From positions 1-11,393 of IMG/VR virus record IMGVR_UViG_3300050133_000071: 11,393 bases of DNA; one strand, 5' to 3'. The notes under the pieces are model-generated. The model was not told the origin of the DNA. It worked only from the letters and a program-made list of their open reading frames with translations, and did no database searches. The position numbers and the translations under genes were made by a program. Shown here piece by piece: positions 1 to 6,673 of this stretch (within the stretch, counting starts at the first letter, position 1; every line of letters begins with the position of its first letter). This DNA is from a virus.

Positions 1-2083
1 TATCACGTGAGTATTTACGGTATGCCGCCTGAAGTTTACCGGTAGACATAGCCATGATCTCATTCTTTGTCAGCAGTCGATCTCCAGATGACCTCCAGTA
101 TCCGTGTGCATCAATTTGCCATTGTGCGCGGGTATATTCATCCTTGGTTTTCATGACAGGGTGATCTGCATATGCCTTGCTTGTATCTGTGGGCAGTTTT
201 CGGAAAAGGAGAATGTATTCAGGGCACCCGATGCCCATCTTTGAACCATCTTTGCATTGCTCAGACCATCCGAGGCGATAAGTTTGATTATTTTCCCTTA
301 CGACGTCCGTTACAACCGTAATCATGCCAAAGTACTGAAACCCGTGCTTAATAAAATGCTCAATAACATAGACATGAAAAGGCTCTATGGTCGGCATTCC
401 GGTACCTGTGGCGTTACCAAACAAGACACGATCTTTTACGTGGATGGCGGCGACGCGCCCGGGCATAAGGCTGTGGTACAGGTTCGGGGTTAGATAATCC
501 ATCTGTTCGAAAAATCGGCCAGTGTTTGCGTTATGCCCGAAATCGTTATAGCTGGCCGAATATTCATAATGGTTGCCGAATGGGATCGATGTATGTATTA
601 AACCAAAGGTGTTTTCGGGTAACTGCTCGCATTCTAAGATGCAATCGTTATTTATGGCCGTGAAATGCTCTCCTTTGATTACCACTCGTTTCACCCCTAT
701 ACTGCGGGCCATTTTATCCATCACATTTACGCCTGCCAGTCCATATTTTTTTATAATCTCCGTCATTTTCTTTGCAAGGTAATTATGCTGTTCCCACTTT
801 TCGAGTAGTGCCTTAAGGATCTCGGCCTCTCCTTCGGTGTAGATAATGTCGATGATAACCTGATCGGTTTGCAGAAAGCGGTATATCCTATGGATGGCCT
901 GAATGAAATCATTGAACTTATAATCTATCCCGACAAATATAGCCCTATGGCAATGGCGCTGAAAATTGCAGCCGCTCCCTGATATTTTCTTTTTGGTGGC
1001 AAGCAGCCGTGTTTTGCCTTCTGAAAAGTCAATGGTTCTTTGCTCTTTGATATTGATATCTTCTGAGCCAAATATTTCAACAGCGTCCGGCAGTGCCTTC
1101 TTGATTGCATGCCGCTCGGCTTCAAGATCATGCCAGAGAATAAAATGCGCGTCAGGGTCCGAATTGACAATTTCAACTGTTTTTTTGACGCGGGCAGCGA
1201 GGCTCTCGTTTTTCTCGTGGGAAGCATCCGAAAGTGATACCGAGGCTTCGCGCATGATCTTCATCTGGCCGTCGCGGTCTTCCACCGGTGCGCCGCTCAT
1301 CGTTATTTTGTGGTACCTGACTTCAAGTGGCGGCAGGTCATAGCCGGTGTCGTCATATCCGAGGTCGCTTGGCTTCGTAATAAAGAGCGCCCAGCTGCTC
1401 AACCATGCCCAGAACTTATTTTCCTGCGATTTATAAAGCGTGAGGTTGTTCGCTTTGGTGCTGTCACGCTGAAAGAAGCGCGTGAGAGCCTGTCCGGTAT
1501 CCATCACCTCAAGGAAGCCTGCATAATGGATAAGTTCTTTGTATCGGTTTGGTGAAGGTGTGGCCGTCGAAACAAATTTATATTTCACGCCTTTGAATTT
1601 TATCAAGAATGTCTGATAGGTGTCTGACCCGTAACTCCGTAACACTGAAGCTTCGTCAAGATGGCAAACCATGAAATATTTAGGATCAATATCCCCATCC
1701 CTGACCCGCTCATAGTTGGTCATCATAATGTCATCTGTGCACGCTCTTACCTCAGCCATTGTACGGACGTATTGAGGCGGCAACATATGAAGGAGTTCAA
1801 CAGCGTCGCGGGTGAATTCCTGTTTCACCCCGAGCGGCAGAACTATAAGAGCTTTGCCGCCTTTATGCTTAATTACAATGCGGCTGATTTCAAGTTCCTG
1901 TGCTGTTTTCCCAAGCCCGAAAGCTTCAAAAATTGCGCGGCGCCCGCCACTTATTGCCCATTTGACGGCATCGCGCTGATGTGGCTTTAATACAGAATTG
2001 ATTTCGGAGGTCTCAATTTCAAAGCCTGTTTCAGGCGCGATATCAATTTTTGATTTAAGAAAATCTATGTAATTATTCGTCAC
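1..2083 (-). CDS. SNF2/DEAD-like helicase fused to a beta-class N6-adenine/N4-cytosine DNA methyltransferase domain (C-terminal end lies beyond position 1)
   Basis: Hand translation of the minus strand gives an uninterrupted frame from GTG at 2083 to the window edge. GGAGG at 2094-2098 lies 10 nt upstream of the GTG. The ORF is missing from the track because it is edge-truncated. Helicase motifs seen: FGLGKT (Walker A), HLDEAS (motif II) and QAIHRIYR (motif VI-like). The C-terminal half carries IHTSIPF, a (D/S)PP(Y/F)-type methyltransferase motif IV. Motif I is not yet reached, as expected for beta-class domain order. All plus-strand ORFs at 257-1990 are short and antisense to this frame. Confidence 0.85.
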   Translation of the reverse strand, partial: MTNNYIDFLKSKIDIAPETGFEIETSEINSVLKPHQRDAVKWAISGGRRAIFEAFGLGKTAQELEISRIVIKHKGGKALIVLPLGVKQEFTRDAVELLHMLPPQYVRTMAEVRACTDDIMMTNYERVRDGDIDPKYFMVCHLDEASVLRSYGSDTYQTFLIKFKGVKYKFVSTATPSPNRYKELIHYAGFLEVMDTGQALTRFFQRDSTKANNLTLYKSQENKFWAWLSSWALFITKPSDLGYDDTGYDLPPLEVRYHKITMSGAPVEDRDGQMKIMREASVSLSDASHEKNESLAARVKKTVEIVNSDPDAHFILWHDLEAERHAIKKALPDAVEIFGSEDINIKEQRTIDFSEGKTRLLATKKKISGSGCNFQRHCHRAIFVGIDYKFNDFIQAIHRIYRFLQTDQVIIDIIYTEGEAEILKALLEKWEQHNYLAKKMTEIIKKYGLAGVNVMDKMARSIGVKRVVIKGEHFTAINNDCILECEQLPENTFGLIHTSIPFGNHYEYSASYNDFGHNANTGRFFEQMDYLTPNLYHSLMPGRVAAIHVKDRVLFGNATGTGMPTIEPFHVYVIEHFIKHGFQYFGMITVVTDVVRENNQTYRLGWSEQCKDGSKMGIGCPEYILLFRKLPTDTSKAYADHPVMKTKDEYTRAQWQIDAHGYWRSSGDRLLTKNEIMAMSTGKLQAAYRKYSRD

Positions 2084-2282
2084 CGATATAAACCTCCTCT
2101 ATCAGGGTTACGTTATCAAAATAGATGATGTAGATGGTTTTGGATGAATTCGCGACTTTGAGCGTATTTCCGATCCGCTCACCATTTTCGCATATGCCTG
2201 ATATTGCACCGTAAAGATTTGACCTAGCTCTATATTTCCTGCCATAGAAAAGAACTGTATCTAATTTTGTCCCCAATTTCAA
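2073..2282 (-). CDS. hypothetical small protein (69 aa, TTG start)
   Basis: The ORF-track frame has a TTG start that overlaps the TGA of the upstream ASCH gene (TTGA). Its 3' end overlaps the helicase GTG by 11 nt, which is operon-style packing. It has no recognisable motif and no internal ATG. Confidence 0.35.
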   Translation of the reverse strand: MKLGTKLDTVLFYGRKYRARSNLYGAISGICENGERIGNTLKVANSSKTIYIIYFDNVTLIEEVYIGDE

Positions 2283-2794
2283 CCGGGCACTGCGCGGTGA
2301 ATGCTGCTGCTTGCATATTCAAAATTCCCTTCCGGTCTCCACGTCCAAAGACCCTGCGCGCCGCGGGCGGGCACCGGTTGGGTAAATGGCTGTGGATGCG
2401 TTGTGATCCAGGCGAACCGCCCCGGGCTATAATCCCCGAAGGCCAGCTCATCACCGGTAACCTCCCTCCCATTTGCGAGGAGCGCCGACATGTGCTTTGC
2501 TCCATTGATGGGGTTTGAGACTTCCCTGAGTTTGAGAATCTTTACGCAGTTTGTAACTTCGATGGTGCCGAGCACCGTACCGAGGGTCAGGGGCCGCGTT
2601 GCCAGTGCCCGTTGAAAAGCTGGCGTCTGCATAAGGGTCATAGCGTCGTCATCAAGCTTTTTCGCCGAATGAATAGCAATCAGGCCGCGGAAGTTTGTTG
2701 CCCATCCGCGCGTTTCTATTCCTTTTGCGCCGATGATCAGCAGCGTGGCCCACGGCTGCCAGTCGGTCAGGACCTTTATCTCATCTATGTGCAT
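2279..2794 (-). CDS. ASCH domain protein (PUA-like fold)
   Basis: The N-terminus WQPWATLLIIGAKGIETRGWATNFRGLIAIHS matches the classic ASCH signature (QPWA..I..G.K..E.R.W....RG...IH). The C-terminal GDYSPGRFAW...ARGAQGLWTW is also typical of this family. The start is ATG at 2794. Confidence 0.8.
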   Translation of the reverse strand: MHIDEIKVLTDWQPWATLLIIGAKGIETRGWATNFRGLIAIHSAKKLDDDAMTLMQTPAFQRALATRPLTLGTVLGTIEVTNCVKILKLREVSNPINGAKHMSALLANGREVTGDELAFGDYSPGRFAWITTHPQPFTQPVPARGAQGLWTWRPEGNFEYASSSIHRAVPG

Positions 2795-2803
2795 TTGCTC
2801 ACC

Positions 2804-3349
2804 TCAATCTAAAAACTTAAGCATGCCGCTCTCAAAATCGAGCCTGCAAGTGTCAAGGTCTTTGGCGGTCACATATTTGCGGCCGAACTGCTCTTTCATC
2901 GAAGTCCAAACTTTCCATGGTACCCGGAAGAAATCACAAAATCCGAAGGAAACCATGACAAAGCACTTGGCTCCGAGCCGAAAATGCAGGTTGAGGGCGT
3001 CGGTCTGCTCCGGCGTCACACGGTTTTGTGCCATTTTTTCGGTGTCAGTGTGTTTTGCCTCAAAGCAGACCGCATGGCCGCCGCTCAGTGTGCCCTTGAA
3101 ATCCGGCTGGGCCTTTTTCTCAAAGTTTGCGATGAACCTGCCCTCACCGAGATCCTTTATCGGTCGCATGGGCTCCGGTGTTTTCTCTATGTAGGCACGC
3201 CCTTCATTTTTATAAACCTCGCAGGCTCCGATAATAAGATTTTCAAAGGTTCTCCCACTGTTTCGATTTACCGCTCCTTGCAACTGACGTCTGGGATGCG
3301 TGCAATCTGCGATCATTGCCCTGAAATCAGCTGAGGTCATGTCACCCAT
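2804..3349 (-). CDS. recU: RecU-like Holliday junction resolvase (PD-(D/E)xK nuclease)
   Basis: GRTFENLI...YIEKTPEP...PDFKGTL..GHAVCFEAKHT...CFVMVSF mirrors the RecU layout (G..fE..I, K.P.P, D(F/Y).G...FEAK.T). AAGGAGGA lies 6 nt upstream of ATG 3349. Confidence 0.8.
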   Translation of the reverse strand: MGDMTSADFRAMIADCTHPRRQLQGAVNRNSGRTFENLIIGACEVYKNEGRAYIEKTPEPMRPIKDLGEGRFIANFEKKAQPDFKGTLSGGHAVCFEAKHTDTEKMAQNRVTPEQTDALNLHFRLGAKCFVMVSFGFCDFFRVPWKVWTSMKEQFGRKYVTAKDLDTCRLDFESGMLKFLD

Positions 3350-3363
3350 GGGCGTGTCCTCCT

Positions 3364-4125
3364 TTATCCTGTGTCGTTATCGTCTTCATCCGGCAGCCGA
3401 CCGCCTCCTTCCGCAAGGTCAACCGCGCCTTCTCTTATGCATTTCAGATATTTTGACGTGCCGGTTCTCTCTGAGCTGTAAACCTGATAGTCAAGCATCC
3501 TGTATCCTTTGGGTGTTGGTATTATTCTTTTGGGATCGATGCGCTTGATCTTCTTGTATTTCACGATTGGCTTTTTTAAGTTTCGGCTTGATGACCAGCG
3601 CCGCTTATGCTCCTCAGGTTTCTCCTTAGTGATATAGTGTGCAAGTCCGGTGTAATCGCCTCCGTCAAGATTGCTGCTGAGAACTCTCCCAAGTTTCCAA
3701 AGCTTTGTTGCAGCATCCCTGCTCATGCCGCTCATAATGAGGTGATGGTGTTCGCGCCCCTTTTCCCCTGTTTCCGTCACTGCAATCCATTTTATTTCTG
3801 GGAGAGCATTTTTCCGACGGTAATCGCGTAATCGCCTGAAATAGTTTTTAAGTTCCTTCTCAGGTTCTCCTTTTTTCGGGCGGCAGGCATATGTCAGGGT
3901 TATAAATAAGTCCTCCTCTGCAAAATTGCCATTAATTAGCCTGCTGAGTTTTTTCCGAGCATTTTGTTCGTTAAATTCCTGCTGCTGTTCTGGTGTTAAA
4001 CCTTGATTGCCTTTTCTCCTTGTATATGTTTCGCCCGGTTGGCGGAAGGAGACTATTTCTTCTATCTCACAAACCGGACCCGAATAAATATATTTACGGT
4101 AATTCATATTGCCATTTACCCCCAC
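3364..4125 (-). CDS. HUH-superfamily rolling-circle replication initiator (Rep)
   Basis: Three ordered RCR motifs are present: LFITLTY (motif 1, FLTLT-like), REHHHLIM (motif 2, HUH) and GLAHYITKE (motif 3, catalytic Y-x-x-K). The track start is GTG 4125. ATG 4107 (MNYRKY...) is an alternative start. Confidence 0.75.
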   Translation of the reverse strand: MGVNGNMNYRKYIYSGPVCEIEEIVSFRQPGETYTRRKGNQGLTPEQQQEFNEQNARKKLSRLINGNFAEEDLFITLTYACRPKKGEPEKELKNYFRRLRDYRRKNALPEIKWIAVTETGEKGREHHHLIMSGMSRDAATKLWKLGRVLSSNLDGGDYTGLAHYITKEKPEEHKRRWSSSRNLKKPIVKYKKIKRIDPKRIIPTPKGYRMLDYQVYSSERTGTSKYLKCIREGAVDLAEGGGRLPDEDDNDTG

Positions 4126-4181
4126 GTCCTTAAAATAATGATATTATCGAGGATTTAAAGAGCCTTCCTTAGCCCTTTTAA

Positions 4182-4210
4182 TTGACAACATATTGGGGTT
4201 ATGTTATACT
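4182..4210 (+). promoter_or_regulatory. sigma70-type promoter, TTGACA-17 nt-TATACT, pointing rightward against the operon
   Basis: TTGACA sits at 4182-4187 and TATACT at 4205-4210, separated by an exact 17-nt spacer. The site lies in the 179-nt gap between the 211-aa gene and rep. Confidence 0.6.
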
Positions 4211-4240
4211 GTTTTCAAGGTGTTCACTACAATATGTTGT
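4185..4240. repeat. 11-bp perfect inverted repeat bracketing the promoter -10 region
   Basis: ACAACATATTG (4185-4195) and CAATATGTTGT (4230-4240) are exact reverse complements, 34 nt apart. Confidence 0.7.
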
Positions 4241-4284
4241 ATGGTGCTTAGTGGCTCGATGTACAGTCGAGCCACTATTTTTTT
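4217..4284 (+). ncRNA. candidate approximately 68-nt antisense (counter-transcribed) small RNA in the rep leader
   Basis: It is bounded by the promoter above (predicted TSS about 4217) and the intrinsic terminator at 4251-4284. There is no credible ORF or RBS inside. It is antisense to any minus-strand transcript entering rep. Confidence 0.5.
4251..4284 (+). terminator. rho-independent terminator, plus strand only
   Basis: A 9-bp perfect stem pairs GTGGCTCGA (4251-4259) with TCGAGCCAC (4267-4275), with a 7-nt loop. TATTTTTTT follows at 4276-4284. On the minus strand no U-tract follows the hairpin. Confidence 0.65.
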
Positions 4285-4304
4285 GTGGCTTTTTATTTCA
4301 TATC

Positions 4305-4940
4305 TCATGTGGTATCATCATCCTCTTCAGGTTGCTCTTCTGTGAAGCCGATTTGAGGATACTCTTCGATGTCTCCTGCGGCTTTCCTTGTTGAAAATGC
4401 AAAACGACATTGTTTTGTTAATTCTTCCATTTGAACAACAAAATCCTTGTTTATGATTTCATAAGGCATGATAACAGCCATTATCATAAAACCGGTCTTT
4501 GCAACTATGTATATCTTTCCATTGGTTGTAAGCCGCTCGTATAATTCCAAGGTGTCAGCAGTGTCAGAAAGAGGGCTTAGATACTTGGCATCAATAAAGA
4601 CAAGGCCACGCTGAGTTTTTAGCGGAATAAGTACCCGCCCCGCTGCGACAATATTGAGCTTTTCGCTTTCAAGCCTGTTTTCGCAGGGCACAGCATCCTC
4701 AAAGGAGAATTGAGTCGGTAAATCTTCATGTTTATAAGTATATTTGTCATGAATTTTTTCAGGGATATCGAAGATAGCAAATATGCTTTCCTCCTCAAGG
4801 TTCGGTAACTCAAACGCTGGATACATGACAGCACCGTCACCGATCCAATGCACATCAATTCCTCCGTCGCTCAACTTTTTGTCGTAAATGAAAATGCGCT
4901 TACTTTTTGCGCAGATTGAAGCTATAGACTTAATTTTCAT
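4305..4940 (-). CDS. hypothetical protein (211 aa) with an acidic C-terminal tail
   Basis: GGAGGAG lies 9 nt upstream of ATG 4940. The ORF is long and compositionally normal, and it ends EEQPEEDDDTT. I recognise no family. Confidence 0.75.
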   Translation of the reverse strand: MKIKSIASICAKSKRIFIYDKKLSDGGIDVHWIGDGAVMYPAFELPNLEEESIFAIFDIPEKIHDKYTYKHEDLPTQFSFEDAVPCENRLESEKLNIVAAGRVLIPLKTQRGLVFIDAKYLSPLSDTADTLELYERLTTNGKIYIVAKTGFMIMAVIMPYEIINKDFVVQMEELTKQCRFAFSTRKAAGDIEEYPQIGFTEEQPEEDDDTT

Positions 4941-5166
4941 GCTTAATTGCTCCTCCGTCTTTCCTATTCCTTGTTTCCTCTGCTATGACTCGTTCATACG
5001 CCGGAGCGCTATATTTCGACAGTTGGCCACTCAGGCATTCTTCAGTTTGCTTGATAATCTCCTTGACTGCTTCAGGGCATCGCTCAATGTTTATATTGCT
5101 GCCGGTGCTCGCGACAATCCCGTGGTGATCCATCATTATGGTTATTGTGGCTATTCCCCATATCAT
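4930..5166 (-). CDS. hypothetical small protein (78 aa)
   Basis: GAGGGA lies 6 nt upstream of ATG 5166. The stop overlaps the next gene's start by 11 nt. Confidence 0.6.
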   Translation of the reverse strand: MIWGIATITIMMDHHGIVASTGSNINIERCPEAVKEIIKQTEECLSGQLSKYSAPAYERVIAEETRNRKDGGAIKHEN

Positions 5167-5232
5167 TGCGTGTCCCTCATTTCGTCTGTTTCTACCCCCT
5201 TTTATTTAAAGGCTTTGCAGCCACTATATTGA

Positions 5233-5580
5233 TTAAAAGAGTGATGTTTGTCTCGGCTTATTCTCATCTGGTATGATTTCAATTTCTTTATCTCGAGATC
5301 GATCACGTTTTTTATATTGTTTCACTTCCATCTGCTCAGCAATCTCAGTGAGGATGCAGCTGCCATAGCCAAGCCGAATTTCATACCCTTCGTTTAAATA
5401 ATCCGATTCCGCACCCACATCACGCTTGAGGCGCTGTAAGCGGCAACAAAATTCCGTGTAATCGATGCTGAGCCATCCGTCCCCGCCTTCGTTAAACCGA
5501 ATGCTCACTCGTGGAAAGCCGCTTTTTAATGTCGGTGGGTTTAGGCCGTATATCTTCCAATAAGGCTGCTCGCAAACCAT
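5233..5580 (-). CDS. hypothetical protein (115 aa from the internal ATG)
   Basis: The track ORF runs 5233-5610. AAGGGAGGG lies 6 nt upstream of ATG 5580 (MVCEQPYW...), whereas the longer start has no RBS. I recognise no family. Confidence 0.75.
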   Translation of the reverse strand: MVCEQPYWKIYGLNPPTLKSGFPRVSIRFNEGGDGWLSIDYTEFCCRLQRLKRDVGAESDYLNEGYEIRLGYGSCILTEIAEQMEVKQYKKRDRSRDKEIEIIPDENKPRQTSLF

Positions 5581-5610
5581 GATCAACCCTCCCTTTGCAG
5601 TTGACTGCAA

Positions 5611-5787
5611 AACGTATTTCCGTGAGTTTCGCTCGGCCCCGAATAATTCTCAGCGGGAGTGGTAGGACTTTCAACGGAGGCCGATATAGCCTGTCCATAT
5701 CTATTTGCCACTCACTCTCTACTGGCGATTGGATATAAGTGTCCGACTTCTATCCTTTCTCGGAGCCGAGCGCAGCCCGCGGCTGCG
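5611..5787 (-). other. structured non-coding leader, copy A of a duplicated bipartite element
   Basis: Read on the minus strand, the 5' block CGCAGCCGCGGGCTGCGCTCGGCTCC (5787-5762) matches copy B at 23 of 26 positions. The 3' block GGGGCCGAGCGAAACTCACGGAAATA (5640-5615) matches copy B at 22 of 26. About 120 nt of hairpin-rich insert separates the two blocks. Confidence 0.45.
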
Positions 5788-5856
5788 TAACTGTTACATT
5801 GGTCCCACCCATCCTTTCACGGTAAGTCAAGCCCAAGGTTGCTATCTCATTTTCAC

Positions 5857-5885
5857 TTGTAATATTTAGCCTTATGGTGTAATAT
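5857..5885 (+). promoter_or_regulatory. candidate promoter TTGTAA-17 nt-TAATAT for the plus-strand zinc-ribbon gene
   Basis: TTGTAA is at 5857-5862 and TAATAT at 5880-5885, with a 17-nt spacer, 22 nt upstream of the ATG. It overlaps a tandem TATGGTGT-AA-TATGGTGT at 5873-5890. Confidence 0.5.
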
Positions 5886-5907
5886 GGTGTCGGAAGGAGG
5901 CGATTGT

Positions 5908-6303
5908 ATGCCAACAACTGGAGAGAAGCCGGGCAAGGGTTATTACAAATGCATAAAATGCTGGACAGTTATTCTTCTTGATAATGATGTTGATACTTTG
6001 CCACCATGCCCGCATTGTGAAAACATAGATTTCTTAAATAGCGGAAAGCTATTTCCGTGGACAAACAATAATATTGAAGATGCAATACAAATTATCGATT
6101 TAGATAAGAAATTAAATCCTTCCGAAAAGGAAGATTTTAAGTCTGTAATCCCCGATCTGATTTCAGAAACTCCTAAGACCAATGCTGCATTACAAAAAGC
6201 AAAAAAGTATATGAAAAAGTTCGGAACTTCTGCTGCCTTGTCGTTTAGACAATTTATAATTGACTGGTCCTGCGAATTTGTAAAAAAATCACTACAGGGG
6301 TAA
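5908..6303 (+). CDS. zinc-ribbon (CxxC...CxxC) protein, 131 aa, opposite-strand insert
   Basis: GGAAGGAGG lies 7 nt upstream of ATG 5908. The N-terminus YKCIKC...17 aa...CPHC is a four-cysteine ribbon, and the rest is lysine-rich and helical-looking. The gene is visibly AT-richer than its flanks. Confidence 0.8.
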   Translation: MPTTGEKPGKGYYKCIKCWTVILLDNDVDTLPPCPHCENIDFLNSGKLFPWTNNNIEDAIQIIDLDKKLNPSEKEDFKSVIPDLISETPKTNAALQKAKKYMKKFGTSAALSFRQFIIDWSCEFVKKSLQG

Positions 6304-6317
6304 ACTTATGCTTGGTA

Positions 6318-6554
6318 TCATCCCCACGCGTTGTGGCGTTTAAGAACGTCAATTAACTCGGGCGCGTATTCTTCATCAATATTTACAACTATGTATTCAG
6401 ATTTTGAATTGCGCCCTTGTAATACACGCATATTGCCAATCCAATGGTTGGCCTCGTTAATCGCATTCTGAAGTTTCAGAGGTAGCAGTTCAATATCAGA
6501 TAGTTTAAAAACAAGATGGGTAAGGCGCCCGCCGCATTTCATAGATTTATTCAT
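6318..6554 (-). CDS. hypothetical small protein (78 aa from the internal ATG)
   Basis: GGGGGAGGAGGA lies 5 nt upstream of ATG 6554 (MNKSMKCGG...). The 37-aa N-terminal extension in the track (to 6665) has no RBS and runs through structured element B. Confidence 0.75.
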   Translation of the reverse strand: MNKSMKCGGRLTHLVFKLSDIELLPLKLQNAINEANHWIGNMRVLQGRNSKSEYIVVNIDEEYAPELIDVLKRHNAWG

Positions 6555-6574
6555 ATTATGTCCTCCTCCCCCTG

Positions 6575-6673
6575 TTCTTTTTCCGTGGGTTCCGCGCGGC
6601 CCCAAAATCACAGTTGCAACTGCCAAACAGCCATGATTTTTATTTAGGAGCTGCGCGCAGCCCACGGCTGCGC
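6575..6673 (-). other. structured non-coding leader, copy B of the duplicated bipartite element
   Basis: On the minus strand, an 8-bp hairpin GCGCAGCC-GTG-GGCTGCGC (6673-6655) is followed by GCAGCTCC. Downstream lies GGGGCCGCGCGGAACCCACGGAAAAAG (6603-6577). About 43 nt separates the 5' block from the 3' block, including the palindrome CAGTTGCAACTG (6611-6622). Confidence 0.45.

Noticed and set aside
257-1990. Six plus-strand ORFs of 69-125 aa from the track (257-493, 573-782, 966-1343, 1310-1555, 1661-1990), and the minus-strand ORF at 925-1227 in another frame.
   Set aside because: All lie inside, and mostly antisense to, the uninterrupted helicase-methyltransferase frame. They lack RBSs and have shadow-ORF composition (Ser/Arg/Leu/Cys-rich).
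2230-3548. Overlapping ORFs 2230-2505(-), 2267-2518(+), 2612-2812(+), 2733-3194(+), 2984-3334(+) and 3300-3548(+).
   Set aside because: They overlap the motif-supported ASCH, RecU and Rep genes in other frames or on the other strand. They have no RBS and Arg/Pro/Cys-rich composition.
4182-4394. A 70-aa plus-strand ORF across the rep-upstream gap.
   Set aside because: Its start is the TTG of the -35 hexamer. It reads straight through the terminator hairpin and T-run, and it has no RBS. The interval is better explained as a promoter, small RNA and terminator.
5615-5660. CUGAGA ... CGAAAC on the minus strand looked like hammerhead-ribozyme core elements or a TPP-riboswitch UGAGA box.
   Set aside because: The hammerhead consensus is CUGANGA, but here the sequence is CUGAGAA. 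Copy B has GGAAC instead of GAAAC. The TPP-specific ACCUGAUCUGG and CCAGCG elements are absent.
5655-5675. GUUGAAAGUCC resembles the RNase P P4 GGAAAGUCC motif.
   Set aside because: None of the other universally conserved RNase P regions are present. The element is far too short and is absent from copy B.
5492-5698. A 68-aa minus-strand ORF inside structured region A.
   Set aside because: It has no RBS and overlaps the well-supported 5233-5580 gene out of frame by about 90 nt. It has the Arg/Pro/Leu-rich composition typical of off-frame GC-rich sequence.
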